A stretch of 64,000 nucleotides of DNA from Eledone cirrhosa (taxonomy: Eukaryota): positions 253,952,001 through 254,016,000 of the forward strand of contig OZ024743.1 of the NCBI GenBank assembly GCA_964016885.1, in the 5' to 3' direction. Made by a program: the position numbers and the translations under genes. Shown one piece after another: positions 38,249-52,737 of the stretch (positions are counted from its first letter, which is position 1; every line of letters begins with the position of its first letter). The notes under the pieces are model-generated. The model made no database searches. It had not been told where the DNA came from and was given only the letters and a program-made list of their open reading frames with translations.

Positions 38249-38663
38249 CAGAACAGGGGGTTGTGTTGTTACGTGATAAAGTGTATTTAGAAATAAAAAG
38301 AAGGCACAAACAAGGGACAGGTCCCCTCTTCAGTTGTTTGCTGGAGGTCTCGGACATTTCAACGCATTACCTCCAGCTAGGGCGTCACAATAACTAAAAT
38401 AAGTTATTTCTTTCTATCTGTATCGTTATTATCAATATTATTTTTAATTTGATGGGATAGTTTGAATTCGTAATTTTGCCGGTTGTGCATATAACTGTAT
38501 TTTCGTTTTCTCTTTCGTTTTTCTCCCCCCCCCCCCCCACACACACACACTCCTTTCCATCTGTCCCACTTACTTTATTACTCTCTATATCTTTATTATT
38601 ATTATTGATGTGGTAATTTGAATTTATAAATTTACCGTTACGAATATATTTTGTATTTCCTCT

Positions 38664-38773
38664 TAGTTTTCTGACGAAATGATGGTAGTTGCATGTATTT
38701 TAAATTGAGTGCCACTGCCTTCAGTGTTTAGCAATTTCTAGACATCTCTATCATAGAAACAATTGTTAGACTG
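38664..38773 (+). ncRNA. Hammerhead motif with long stem II insertion
   Basis: tagtttt-CTGACGA-aatgatgg(~60 nt)ctatcata-GAAA-caattg-TT-agactg. Palindromic loop III; stem I pairs with one bulge. Confidence 0.6.
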
Positions 38774-38992
38774 TAAATAAATTTCCTTGTTTGTACTGTT
38801 GACCATGCTATTCTTCACTTTTTCAATGTTATCACTCCAAGAAATACTTACATAGGAATACAAGTGAAGTCATTAACTTGCCATCAACGTAAACCTCTTG
38901 TTGAGTCACACAACGCCGTACGCTTAAACTATCCATGATAAGTAGTTTTCACAACCTCTTATCGGATTACCTTTAACGATATATTGTTATCC

Positions 38993-39096
<104 letters not shown>

Positions 39097-39144
39097 GTGA
39101 CGAAACATAAGTCAATTGCATGAACTCATAATCCTTTATTTACA

Positions 39145-39201
39145 AACTATATATATATTTCGATGATAGCCATTGAATGGCTATGACCTCATCAGGCAGT
39201 T
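39145..39201 (-). ncRNA. Hammerhead motif, core intact, stem I imperfect
   Basis: Minus strand: aactgc-CTGATGA-ggtcatagccatt(c)aatggctatcatc-GAAA-tatata-TA-tagtt. Confidence 0.65.
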
Positions 39202-39261
39202 AGTCAGTTCTTAGATGCCAGCTCTGTGTTTATAGTGTTGATGGTATCAGAGCCTTGGGAC

Positions 39262-39305
<44 letters not shown>

Positions 39306-39307
<2 letters not shown>

Positions 39308-39443
39308 CGAAGAAAGTGTGGTAAGGAGCCAGGTGGGCCATAAGGGGTCCTGACTCTTTTCTTATTACCTACTCTACTACCCTAAGTATCGAGTACTGAG
39401 GTGCGTTATGGACCACCTTGCTCCTTACCACACTTTCTTCGTT
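39306..39443. mobile_element. 138-bp fold-back with 38-bp inverted ends, between (TA)n tracts
   Basis: aacgaagaaagtgtggtaaggagccaggtgggccataa / ttatggaccaccttgctccttaccacactttcttcgtt. Same family as 12905-12990 and 22040-22120. Confidence 0.8.
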
Positions 39444-39537
39444 ATATATATATATATGTATATAGGAAAATGTTCAAAACCCCGACGGCAGAGCTCAAGC
39501 CGTTTCGGCGATATATATAAAGATATATATATATATA

Positions 39538-39571
<34 letters not shown>

Positions 39572-40119
39572 CATACACACATTCACACACATACACATAC
39601 GCCCCCCTCCCCCCATATATATATATATATATATTCATTGCAAACTTTCCAATATAAATTTGTTAATTCATTAACGAGTATATATTGTTTAATGAATTAT
39701 CTCATCTAGACATTTTTATTTTTGTATTTATAATATCACGCCTCATACCAGAAAAAAAACATCAAAGGCGTCCATTTTTTAATTTCAAATTTGTGCAGAA
39801 AAACCAACATAAACCACAAAGTAATTTAAGACAACAAAAACACTAACAAAATATTTCTTTTCATCTATCATATATATCGTTATCTCACTGGAATAAATAG
39901 ATCGTTACATATAAATAATTCATAAGTCACTTAAAACTGTCCTCCATTGGGAAAGGGGTGAGGGGTTTTGGGAAATTATTGTATTATTTTTCTATTGTAT
40001 TATTTGTAAATATTGTATCATCATCATCACCATCATAATCATATTCCTCAATGCCAGTATTACCCTTATTTTAGGATGGATCCAGCTATTAGCTGAGTAC
40101 ATCGTGAAGATTTAACTTT

Positions 40120-41975
40120 CGCTTTCCTTTAGCCAGGAAGGGCAGGCATTTTTTATCTGAAAGGGTTGAAGACAAGCATTTGCCTCTTCGGCGATGCCCT
40201 GATTAACGTTTTCAAATTCCATTTGAAAAGGAAAATCAGGGTGGAGAGGGAGGTTCTCCCTTTCCTGCAATTTATTGAAAGATGGGTGAAAGCGGCGAGC
40301 ATACACTGAGTATGCGCTTGTAGATTGGAGGTGGAAAACTGGGAGAGGGCACTTGCCCTGGTGGTCAGGGTAACCATGGCTTTTGTGGGCCTTCTCCAGG
40401 AGTAGCTGTAGGTGGTCTCCCCTATTGGGGATATTTCCTTTCTCTCGTTTTTTTTGTTACATCTTTTGTTATTGTTTCCTTTTTTGCACGCAGAAACACA
40501 TTTCTGTACTGTCATGTACGGTCCTGTACTGCCCCTAATTGATTTTTCTAAACCATTTGTGGTTAATAAAGAAATCATCATTATTATTATTATGGGCTAC
40601 TGAGGTGGAAGCCACGATTCACATCGGCTCCGGACATTTTAAAATTATTTAGTTTATTTCTGTTGACACCATGAGGATGCCATTGCGGAACAAATTTATC
40701 TCTTAGGCGGCACTATCTTTCACATTAGATTGGAGCGGCGGTAGGCCAAGTTTCACATTTGTCTGTCGACAAATCCTTAAGAGGCTACTGTTAAAGGAAA
40801 AAAAAAGAGAAAATGCTCTCTCTTACCAACACCAAAGAACTCACCAACAACAACCACCAAAACCCAGACAGCAACAACACCAACTGCAACATTAACAAAA
40901 CGAACAACATCACTACAAACAACAGTTACAGCAAAAGTAATGCCCAACGCAGCGACAAGAACCTCACTCAATATCTACTAAATTTGAATAGAGGACATGC
41001 CACTCCCACTCTCAGGCAAGCCTGACCAGAACGAGGTGGAGAAAACAGAAACTAAAAGAAAAGGAAAAGAAAAACAAACAATAAAAAGAAAACAAACGAA
41101 TCTCATTCACACAAGACGTGGAGAGGAAAATATAAACAAGCTCTACATCAACAGCACTGTCATAGGTACCTCAAACCTCACCACTACTACAATCAGGTCA
41201 AACGTAAGCCAACCGACACTACAACGACAAAGGCATGTTGGGACTATTTGGGATTAGCAGACTGGGGAGGATAGTGGAAAATACTCACAAACCTGCTCAG
41301 GCAATTCCAACTGTTTGACAGGTGTCGACTGGATTTTCCGAGTGGACTTAATCAAACTGCATTGGGTTATCCAGATCGTATCTAGGTAGGGTATTCTGTG
41401 CGGAAGTAGAGAAGGTTAGTATAGATTGTTCACAATTTAAAGTAGTCGACTGCACAGACCACAATTTGTGATTTGTACAGTCAAATTATATGGGCTCCAT
41501 AGGCAGGGATCAGGTTATTGGAAGCTCAATGCGTCATACCTGGGTATCAATCAAAAGCGTTCAATAGGGTCGACCATCGATACATGGTAGCAATCCTTGG
41601 GCCCGTTTTCAGAGAATGGATTGCTGCTATGCACAGCAACATTTGTTAAGTGGTCATAGTGAACTGTCATCTCTCGGAACAGCTCAACATCGAGCTTGGT
41701 CCAACAAGGTTTCCCCCTCTTGTCGATTTGGTATGTATTAACTCTCGAACCATTACTACACAAATTGGAGTCATTGAGAGGTATCCCGCACATACGAAAA
41801 TGTTAGGGATCCCTGTCAGTAAATGCTGACGGCGTTATCATAGTGGTGTCGAACACCAATTACATTGAGATGATCGGCACTGCTTTCTGGGAGTACGAAA
41901 CGGTAACAGGAGTAACAATTAACCAGGAAATGTCGGTGAGCCTGCAGCTAGATACCTGGAGAAGTGGTTCCATGC
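40120..41975 (+). mobile_element. Tx1/L1-clade LINE pieces: 3' end with tail (40120-40592) followed by decayed ORF1/EN/RT fragments
   Basis: Plus strand reads LKGLKTSICLFGDALINVFKFHLKRKIRVERE, then 3' UTR, aataaa and (att)n. 41525-41840 is a decayed match to the RT at 7824-8110 (WIAAMHSNIC, VQQGFP, LEPLL). Confidence 0.75.
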
Positions 41976-42208
41976 CATCCACACTTGAAAAAATATATAT
42001 CATTATTATTTATGGCATTAGGATGCTTGATTGTAAGAATAGGTAAAGTGACAGTAGGAATGCTTTACAATATTCATTCTAGTATTCTGTGGTTCGCAGT
42101 TCAAAACCCGCCATGGTCATCTTTGCCTTTAGTCCTGGGATCAATATAATCGACATTCCCAACTTTATAAATTGAAAGACTTATGACTAGATTAAAATCA
42201 TCATGTTA

Positions 42209-43047
42209 ACGGTGTTGGATTGGCAGAAGTGGTAGACTATCAGACAAAAGGCTATTATGGTATTTGTTCTGGTTCTTTACATCCTGAGTTCAAATCCCGC
42301 CGAGGTTAGCTTGGCTTTTCATCCTAACGGAGTCAATAATATAAAGTACAAGTCACACACTTGGGTCGATATAATCAACTTTCCCTTCCCTCAAAAAATT
42401 GCTGGCCTTCTACCTAAATCAGAAGTCAGAGTCGGACGCCATGCTTTGCAGCATGGCCCTTTGCAGTTACGGCCCTTTATGGTCTGAGTTCAAATCCTGC
42501 CGAGGTTAACTTTGCCTTTCATCCTTACGGGGTCGATGAAATAAAGTACCAGTAATGCACTGGGATAATTCCTGGCCTTGTGCCAAAAGTAGAAACAATT
42601 ATTATTTTTATTAATGGCATTGTATTGGAAGAATTGTATGATCACTGAAAAAAGGGCTTTGCAGTATTTAGTTATGGTCTTCATGTTCTGTGGTCAAATC
42701 CTACCAAGGACAACTCTGCTGTTATTCTTTCTGGGTTGGTGAGATGAAACACCTATCAAGTACTGGGGTTGATATAATCAACTTTTCCTTACCCTCAAAA
42801 TTACCAGTCTTGTACCTAAATTAGAAATGATTTTTAAAGCTATAATTATTATTATTATTATTATTGGCAGTATCGGTAGAGGGTCGGGTGCCATGCTTTG
42901 ACGCATAGAGTTACGGCCCTTGTCATTCTGAGTTCAAATCCTGCCGAGATTAAATTTGCCTTTCATCCTTGCGGGTCGATAAAATAAAGTACCAGTAATG
43001 TACTGGTTAATTGCTGGCCTTGTGCCAAAAGTAGAAACAATTATTAT
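42209..43047 (+). mobile_element. Cluster of four same-orientation tRNA-derived SINEs
   Basis: B-box-like gagttcaaatcc and core gcctttcatcct..gggtcgat.aaataaagtaccag recur at ~42286, 42486, 42690 and 42930. Confidence 0.85.
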
Positions 43048-43059
43048 TACTTATTTTAT

Positions 43060-44030
43060 TTATAACAGAAAGTTTCAGCGATCTGAGCAATGGACTCTTT
43101 TTCTAAATATGGCATCTATTCTTCACCAATGAAATTCTTGAGAGTTCTAATATATAAAATCAAAACAATTTCTCCTCAATTTCTTCAAATTCCTTACAGG
43201 AAATATTTTTTGGTCGAGGGTAATTAAGTAACAACACTTTACAAAACATACATTTTATCATCATATCATCGATAAAACCTATTTCATATATTTCTGTGAT
43301 CGTTTATAAACGCATTTTCTTTGACACAAATGTTTCATAATAATATTGCTCACTGATTTTTCCAGTATATTTTCGATTACATGCTTGTAGCATTTTGCAA
43401 ACATCATGCTATTATTAAGTTTGGCACAGAACCAAATGAAAATTGAAGGACACCTAGCATTTGTAATTTTTCCCAGCCAGCATTTTGCAGCTATTGGCCA
43501 CATATATTTTCTTTTCAGCATAAGTCTCCTTTATTGATTTTGGTCTGGCTTTTTAGCGGTTTATTCTAAATGTAACCATTATATATATGTTTCTACTCTT
43601 GATAATTCATTTAGCACTCTGTTGAGAATATTATCACTATACATTATTACTAGAACAACTAGAGTATTGATGCCTATTTCATAATTTTTATATTTAGCTC
43701 TATTTTAAGTATTAATCTAATGCATTCATAATATTCCTTCTTAACCTTTTCTTTCATTTATATATGTTATACTGTGTGGAGTTCATTGATTCTTGAATAT
43801 TTGTAAATTTTTGTTTTGTTTATTTCATCTTATGTTCGTTTCTTATCCAACATTATGTGTTATTAAATGTTGTCTTTTTAAAGTTTCCATGATGAATGTT
43901 TCTAATCCTAATCTCATCAAATTTTCTAGTAGACCTGCATAGTGTTTGTTTTAGTAATTTAAGTAGTTTAGTATCTGCAATGTACAGTTTGCAGTCATCC
44001 TTATACAAAAAAAGAAATGGTTTCTTATAT
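43060..44030 (-). pseudogene. Possible highly decayed LINE RT 3' half (CR1/L2-like)
   Basis: Minus strand FLYKDDCKLY resembles the LYADDxKLY motif. The rest is heavily disrupted. Confidence 0.3.
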
Positions 44031-44032
44031 AG

Positions 44033-44219
44033 GTACAAGGCCAGCAATTTTGGGGGAGGAGAAGGTCAATTAAATCGACGCAGTGCGTGACTGGTACTTT
44101 ATTTTATCGACCCTGTAAGGATGAAAGGCAAAGTTAACCTTGGCGAGATTTGAACTCATAACTCTATACTGCAAATCAGGGCGTCCAATCCTCTACCGAT
44201 ACTGCCAATCCACCACCCT
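44033..44219 (-). mobile_element. tRNA-derived SINE (same family)
   Basis: ctggtactttattttatcgaccctgtaaggatgaaaggc..gatttgaactca..ctaccgatactgccaatccacc. Confidence 0.85.
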
Positions 44220-45242
44220 TGTTGATGTGCTTATAATGCTTCTGTGTGTATCTAGTTTAGAATAGGTACACCATATATAGCTATGTGCCATAAAAGGGTG
44301 ACTAAAAAGCTTGTTGCCAGGAAGGGTATTTTTCTGTAAGATATATCCTTAAAAAAGGACCGCTTGATAATTAAAAAGTCTATCATAGAGCCCTAAGACT
44401 AATATTTCCTTTAGCAGGGAAAATAGAGTTAAAATGCTTCATGGGTTGTATAAATTCATAGATAACCAAGAAATACTTTATAAAGAAAACAAGAACAACC
44501 AGTAACTATAAAAATATTGAAAAGCAAGACGTTGTGAATGAAAGCAGAAACCTCTTGTGTTGGTGTTCCATTATGGCAAGGGCCACAATAATGGGTTGAA
44601 CCAACTAAAGATGGTAAAGATGGCCATATACAAACACATTTATAGACAGATAATGTAACTATTATTGTACATGAAAATACTTGATGAAATCAATGCTAAG
44701 CCTTACATACAATATGTGGAACATGTCTTTGAAAATATATAAATGATGATGATGATGCTAGTGGTGGCACTGTTGCTACTACTGATGATGATGGGGAGGA
44801 GGAGGTGGAGGAGGAGGATAACAATACAATATTTTCTATTTGCAAATTTCCTAGATATTGCTAAGTGTGATGAATTATAAGTTAGGGAGAATTACTTGGT
44901 TGTTAAGGAGGAGATGTTTGTATGTATAAAATATTATATATATATATATTTATTGACTATAAACTCTATCAGAATGTGTAGAACAATGGATGAACAGAAT
45001 GATGGAATATGCTGACTATATGTCTATATACTGTATCAGAATGTGTAGAAGAATGAAGGGACATTAGTTCTGTATAACTGAAACCTGAATGCGGAACAAT
45101 AATACCAAAATCTAGCGAAGGTATTTTTCTATTAGTGACCACTTCAAAAATTATTAGTGTGGCACTGTTTAGCTTTTACTTCACAAAATTACAGTAAGAA
45201 TAAATACGAAAGAATAGACATTGCAGTTAACAATACTACTAT

Positions 45243-45323
<81 letters not shown>

Positions 45324-45994
45324 ATATACACACATATATGTATATGTGTGTGTGTGTGTGTATACCATAATAAATATTCTGGAAGTTTTCATGTAGAAAA
45401 ATATCACAGATATCAAATTCGTCTATTCATATGGACGATGAAATAAAATATACCAGATAAATATGAAAATGTGAAGATACTGAAAGAGTTTCTCTGACAG
45501 CATAACATTTTGGTGACTTAGTTATATTAAATAATTCCTTAATAGGATGTTTATTAACAATAGATTGTCCACTTAAGTTAAACGAAATAAGACAGTAACT
45601 TCTGATAGAATATACATGAGTGTGAAATGGATCTGTGCTGGATTCCATGATGAGTTTTCCTGTTGTTTGGTCAAACGTACAGACTGTTTATAAAGTCAAC
45701 ATGCAAGGGACTCAGGGAGATTCAGCATGACACAGTGTGTGGGATGACAGGGCTTTTGAATTACAGGAACAGTCTATTCCAATATGAATTCCAAATAGTT
45801 TCCCTCTTCCTAATTTCACTCAAATGGTTTGGATTGACCCATGCCATCTTATGGAATGGAACCCAGGATTTAATGATTGCAAAGTGAATTTCTTAAATTT
45901 ATGCACATGTACATACACACAAGCACACTTACACAGACATAGACATACACATAGAAACACGTACACACACACACAAACACATATATAATTATAT

Positions 45995-47250
45995 ACCAAG
46001 TTTTCTGCGAATGAAGAGTTATAGAGATGGCTTCTTGTGGAGACAACTATATGAGAAGTTCTTAGCTAAATGTAAGCCACTATATCTAGCTTTTCTTTTG
46101 ATCTAGAGAAAGTCTTTGACTAAATACCATGATCTAGCATCTTTTGTTCTCATGGAAACTGCCAGTAAGTGAGAGTAAGTAATGAGTTTAATGTGGAATT
46201 CTGTGTGCAGGTAAGTGTGCATCAGAGCTCAGTCCTGAATCCATTTCTGAATCCATCTCCAGCCCATAACAGAGGAGTTTAAGGCTACCTGTTAGGGGAA
46301 CTGTTCTATGCTGAAGATCTGGTTCTTATGGCTGAAACTGTAGAAAACCTAAATAAAGAATTCCAGCTGTGGAAATAGAACTTAGAATCAAAAGGCCTCA
46401 GAGTGAACTTGCCAACATGTTTTAGTAAGAAAGAAGACTCTGATGATGCCAGGAAAGTGGGGTTTTTTTGTGTGAAGAAAACAAGGAGACAGAAATTCTA
46501 TATGATGTACATAATGTAAATCTTAGGTACATAATTTGGGTAGTGGGATAGCAGACAGTCTAACAAGAATGTGTGTATAGAATATTTACAGGGATAGTTG
46601 GTAGTTAGAGCATCAAGAAAGAAAACTCTTTCCAATCATAGGAAGGATCCATAATAGTAGTTGATAGCCTCTGCTTCCTAGGTGATCAAATTAGTAGTGG
46701 AGAAGGGAGCTCTGAGAGCATAGTAGCAAGAATAAGAATAGGTTTGAAAAAGTTTGGGGAGTTACAATCTCTGTTGAAAACAAAATGTTTCTCTCTATGA
46801 ACAAAATACTAGCCATATGAAACCTGTGCATGACGTGCAATAATGCATGATGGTAAGATATTGGCAGTGACTGCAGAGAATATACAAAGGCTGGAAAGAA
46901 ATGAAGCATGTATGTTCAATTGCCATCTTAAAGTGCATGAATGTTGAAGCATGGATAGTTTGAGAGAAAAGCTGGATAGAAGGGATATCAGATGTAATTT
47001 ACAAGACAGGAGATTGTGCTGATAAGGACATGTGATGCATACTGATGATGATTACTGGGTGAAGAAGTGCAACGAAATTCCAGTAAAAGGAAGCTACAGT
47101 AGAGGAAGAGCAAGGTGGACTAAGGGGGTTGTGAAAGTTGATCTCAAATTACTAAAGCTTACAGGGAACCTGACATGTGTGGGGATGCTGTATTAATGAT
47201 GACCCATCTGGACGTTGCAAGCATGGAAAAGTATATGTAAAATGATGTGA
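45995..47250 (+). mobile_element. Old decayed RTE-like LINE, same group as 62514-64000
   Basis: EKFLAKCKPLYLAF, DLEKVFD, ELFYAEDLVLMAE, LESKGLRVNL and a 3' tail gcaagcatggaaaag..aatgatg. Many stops and deletions. Confidence 0.8.
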
Positions 47251-47361
47251 CATAAATATGTACAAACATTAATGCATACACACATACACACATACATATA
47301 GATATGTATATATATATATACATATAAACACATATACTACATGCATATATACACATACATA

Positions 47362-47395
<34 letters not shown>

Positions 47396-47940
47396 GTTTC
47401 TTTCTTCTGTGTCTAAGATATCAATGCTCTGGGTTATCTCAATCTCCATTTCACAGCAGTATCTTCTTCTTCTTCTTCTTCTTCTTCTTCTTCTTCTTCT
47501 TCTTCTTCTTCTTCTTTTTCTACAATAATTAGCCATTTTCAATATAAGACATGGTGAAAACACAAATCATTGAGTTTACTTTTAACTTCAATTCAATACT
47601 CACTGTTATTGTTGTAGTTCATCTTTCCTATTTCACCAGATAACTGCTATTTTAATTGGACTATCTTCCTTCCTCAGGCAAAAACACTTTTCTTTATTAG
47701 TACTTTCTCTCCCTGCCCCTTCTCTCTCGCTCTCTCTCTTAACTCTCCTTGTTTATTTTTTTCCTGTTCAGTTCTCTGAAGTTATTTAATTAGCTCTTAC
47801 ACCTTTACACAAAAAATGTTGCATGAGTTTGAAGGTTTGAATTTAACAATTGGAGTATTTTTCTTATTGTGCACTCACACACACACACACATTCACACAC
47901 ACATTCACTCACACACATATACATACAAACACATATACTC

Positions 47941-47975
<35 letters not shown>

Positions 47976-48009
47976 AAAATATATATACATACATATATAT
48001 ATATATATA

Positions 48010-48088
<79 letters not shown>

Positions 48089-49129
48089 GCACATATATAT
48101 ATATATATATATCAATATATATAATGAGGTAAAAACATGACGGAATGTTGATACAATGGATTGAATACGTTTGTATTAACTGAACAGCCATTAAGTACCA
48201 ACAACAGTAACAACAATAACAGCAGTAGCAGCAATAATAAGAAATAGAATTATTCATTATAGTGGTGCTTGTGTTTATTTAGTGTTCTTGTGGTGGTAGT
48301 GATTAAGCTTTATGTCAATCTTGTTATGAGAAAACTGATTATCAAAGAAATTTCCTCAGTAACCATTCCATCTTTTTAATGGGGCTAGATTGGAAGTGGG
48401 GACTACATTATCTAGTGCATTTCTTTTCTTTTATGTATAATGTACCGTTATCATTGTCAGCATCATCTTATGTCAGCTTTTCCATGCTGGGTTGTTACAC
48501 ACCGGGTCAGTACTTAACTAGAGTTACCATGTTCCTAAATAAGTCCCGGAACTAAGTCTCCCTTGCATATGTTCCATGTTTTGGCATTGATCCTATGGCT
48601 GGAAGCCTTATTAATACCAACTACTTTACAATGTTGTGGATGCATTTCATCATGGCACCAATACTGGAGAGTCTGTCAAGTTCTTTATGAGACTGAAGAG
48701 GTTTCATTATTTAGGCATGGGTTCTGGAGTGTACTGGATGCATTTTGTAATGGCACCCACTCTAGGATTGTTGCCTTGTTCTAAGTTAAAGGAGTTTGAG
48801 AAAGAGTATAGAGGGTCATTGTTGAAGTTAAGGTGAAAGGAAATATTATGAGTATGGTGTGGTTTGTGGAGAGTCAGCGTGGTGTAATAGTATGGGAGGG
48901 AAAACATTAAAAAAAGGTGAATAGGGGCTATATGATAGATTGATGCTAAAAGGCAGAATAGACAACTGCAAGAGGAGCATAAAGAGGGTAGATTGTTATA
49001 GCAACCCATGTTTTCTTCCCTTGTTGTTAAGATGGTAGAGCATGGTTTGAGGCTGATTGCTTAACCTAGCAGATAAAAGAAAGCAAGGAAGTTCCGTTGC
49101 CGATTTTCTTTTTTCATTTTTGTCTGGAT

Positions 49130-49720
49130 TAAGAGGACTCTTCAGCTGTCCCAAACACATCACAGCCTACCCAGTGTTGGTGATCTACACAATAAACACA
49201 CTGTGAATTCTCTAAGATGGCAATAGAAAAAACAGCCCATTGTAAAATCTATGTAAAAGAAAACTGGTCAAGAGGACTCTTTAGTTATACCATAGGCATG
49301 ACAGCCTCTCTAGTGTTGGTGATCTACATGATAAATGCAACCAGTGTCCTCTGTAAAGTGGATGGTGATTGCAGATGTATTCAACTACAGGAAACCTGTC
49401 AAATAAAGAGCTTGACTTGTGGTATAGACATGACAGTCTTCCTAGTGTTGGTGATCTACACAATAAATGATCAGCCAGTGCTCTCTGTAAAGAGGTTTGT
49501 GATAGGAAAAGAATCCAACAGGATCAGGAATTCTCTTCAATCATGCCAAAGGCATGACAACTTTCCAAGTGTTGATACCATAATAAAATGCATTCAATAG
49601 AATTCAAGAGCATACATTGTGCTCTGCCCTGGATGTTAGAGGCTCTGATTGAGTTCTGACCAGTTTATTACCACATATCCAACATGTACTACCATGAAAA
49701 ACAACTGTTAAACGATGATT
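49130..49720 (+). repeat. ~140-bp diverged tandem units ending in an RTE-type tail
   Basis: agaggactct..catgacagc..agtgttggtgatctacac/tgataaa recurs about four times. Related units at 16490-16680. Confidence 0.65.
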
Positions 49721-49879
49721 ATGCGTTTTTCTATGTGAATCCTGATTGTGAAGAACTATTATAAAAAATTCCAACCATGACCATCGTGTTTTTACTTTTT
49801 AGAAAATGTTGTTGGGTTACTATCTACAACTACATTATGTAGTGGGTGACATTGTTTTTGAGGGACAGTGTATCTCGCA

Positions 49880-50062
49880 TTGCAGTATTGGTAGAAGATC
49901 GGACGCCATACTTTACAGCATGGAGTTACGTCCCTTTATGTTCTGAGTTCAAATCCCGCCGAGGTTAGTTTTGCCTTTCATCATTACGGGGTCGATAAAA
50001 TAAAGTACCAGTAACATACTGAAATAATTGCTGGCCTTCTGCCAAAAGTAGAAACAATTATA
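49880..50062 (+). mobile_element. tRNA-derived SINE (same family)
   Basis: gcagtattggtagaagatcggacgcc..gagttcaaatcccgccgagg..gcctttcatc..ggggtcgataaaataaagtaccag..agaaacaattat. Confidence 0.85.
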
Positions 50063-51690
50063 TTAATCAATGTTTTTTGTCTTTTTAAAACCCTCTTGGT
50101 GTCAATTTACCTAAACTTACCTGTAGTTCTATGATACATAATTGATTATTTTGAAGTGTTTAAGTTTAAATTAAAATCTTCCATAATAATTCTCTATCAT
50201 AACCTTTTGTTATGTTTCAAATATCAGCTTAGTAATGTGAAACTTAGGATATGTATTTTATTAGAAATATGTGGATGAAAGTGCTATAATTTTTTAGTTA
50301 TCTAAAAATCTCCCAACCTAATTTTATGTAAGAAATTATTACGTAATTATGTTTCAGACACCTGCTAAATAATAAGCAATTAAGCTATATTACTTAATCC
50401 TTCCAATTTCATCATTATTTTCAAAATATATTGAAACATATTGATTGCGTATTTCATAAGAACTATAATAATAATATGCTTAAAACAGTGAAATATTATT
50501 GGCGTGTGATTTGACTGGTATATCTAGCAGATCAAATGACCCCAAAGAAGTCTCCTTGTGGGCTCAGCTGTTTTTTTTTGTTTTTTTTTTGTTTTGTTTT
50601 TTGTTTTGTTTTTCTTTCTTATGTTTTATTTATCTGGTTGCTTTTATTTGGAAATACCTTCGTGAAAGATTTTAAATGATAAACGGAATGATAAACGGAG
50701 TGATAAAAAATTGTTTTTATCATAAATATAAGAGCCAATAGCTAAACAACAGAAGAAAAAGAAAAAGCAAGCCATTTATTTGGCAGATGATGGTGGTGAA
50801 GTTTGTCTACAGCAAAATAACAAGAAAAAAACACTAAATAGATAACTACATAAATATATAAATGATAAAAATATTCAAATAAAAATAAATGAATAAATAT
50901 AATAATAAATATCAGAAGATGAATAAATAAATATATAATATAAAAAATGAATAAATAAATAAATAGATTTCTACATCTTGATAACCTATAATGATGTGCT
51001 TAAATCAAATTTGCATACAACTTGCTCATCGTGACTGTGTCTTAGATTTAATTACTTTTGGAATAGTTAAATCAATATAACTAATTATCTTATGTTGGTG
51101 AGGTGGAGGGTGATTAGGCTGTTAAACACAATCTAATGGTTAAGGTTTTGGGTTCACAATCGTAAAGCTGGAGGTTCAATTTCCAAGATGGGTGGTGTCG
51201 TTCATCCTTGCACAGGGCATTTCATTTCTAATTACTCCAGTCGACTCAGCTAAAAATAAACATCAGCAGCAGCTGAGGTGTTAAACCAGAATTGCTTAGT
51301 GGATAGTGTGTTGGGCCATAAAGCTGTGGGTTCAATTCCTTGACTGCAGTAATATGTTGTCTGTGAGTAAGTCATTTCAATTTAAATTCTCCAGTAGACT
51401 CATCTGAAAAAACATGTGTTCCAACAGCAGCTGAGGAGGGATGTTAGAACTTTGATGGATATGCATCCTGTCCAGTAGATGTAGAGTATTGTACTCTGAG
51501 TCATTTGATGCTTCATAAAACAAAGACAGGATGCAGACATTGTCCAACTTACACAAGAATAGATATGTATGTATGTACCTGTAACTCCTAATGGAGTTGT
51601 AAATGTGCTGTAATCTTGAGCATCTTTAAACTGAGTGAAGCCCATCCTCTCGCCAGGTCTCAACACAGGGAATTTATTACAGAAGAGAGA

Positions 51691-51770
<80 letters not shown>

Positions 51771-52589
51771 TGACAGAGAGGAAATGAGAAAGAGATTTAT
51801 GAAAGAAACAACCCTGGTAGATTTTTATCAATTTTGAAAGAATGAAAAGCAAAGTTGAACTCAGAGCGGAGAGAGCTGGACAAAATGCCACAAAGCATTC
51901 TATCCAATGTTCTAACAACTCTACTGATTTGTCACCAAGTATGGAAAAACAGATGTAAAACAATCCTTTTATAATATACATGTTATTGTTATAGGTTTCT
52001 TTTTCATTGTTATATTTTAAATAATATGTCCTTGTTGTTTGTTTGTATGTTTTGGTACTTTATACATATTATTTTATTCTTTTATTTGTTTCAGCTATTA
52101 GGCTACAACCATGCTAGGGTCCCACATTGAAGTTACTGAACCATTAAGTTACAGGACATAAACAAATGCAGACTCACACATACATGAACACATATTTAAT
52201 AGATACAACAACCTTCTGCACAGTTGCTGCTTACCAAATTTCACTCACACGACATTGGGCTACCTGAAGCTATAGTAGAACAAAATTGTCCAAGGTATCA
52301 TGCATTGAAAGTGAAACCAAAATTGTGAAATGAATTCCTTAACAACATAACCATGCTTGCACACTGCTATGATGCACACACACACATATATACATATATC
52401 ATTCATTTCATTTAATTTCATTTTACGTCTGCTTTTTCCCTGCTTGCAAGGGTGGGACGGGAACTGATTTTGGCTTGATTTCTACAGATGGATGCCCTTG
52501 CTAACACCAACCTTATTTACAGTGAGTGCTGGGTGTTTTTTTGCCGTGGCACCTCCACGACCACTTTGCAGTGGAATGATATGGACCCC

Positions 52590-52737
52590 AGTCCCTATCA
52601 TCTCATTTCTACAGCTGAGTAAACTGGAGCAATATGAAATAAAGTGTCTTGCTCAAGGAAACAACACATCACCCTGTCTGAGAATTGAACTCACAACCTT
52701 TCGATTGCAAAGCCAATGCTCTAACCACTAAGCCGTG
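52590..52737 (-). mobile_element. tRNA-derived SINE of another family
   Basis: Minus strand: cggcttagtggttagagcattggc (A box), gtgagttcaattctc (B box), ccttgagcaagacactttatttc. Relatives at ~51130-51400, 54238-54335 and 60860-61030. Confidence 0.7.
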
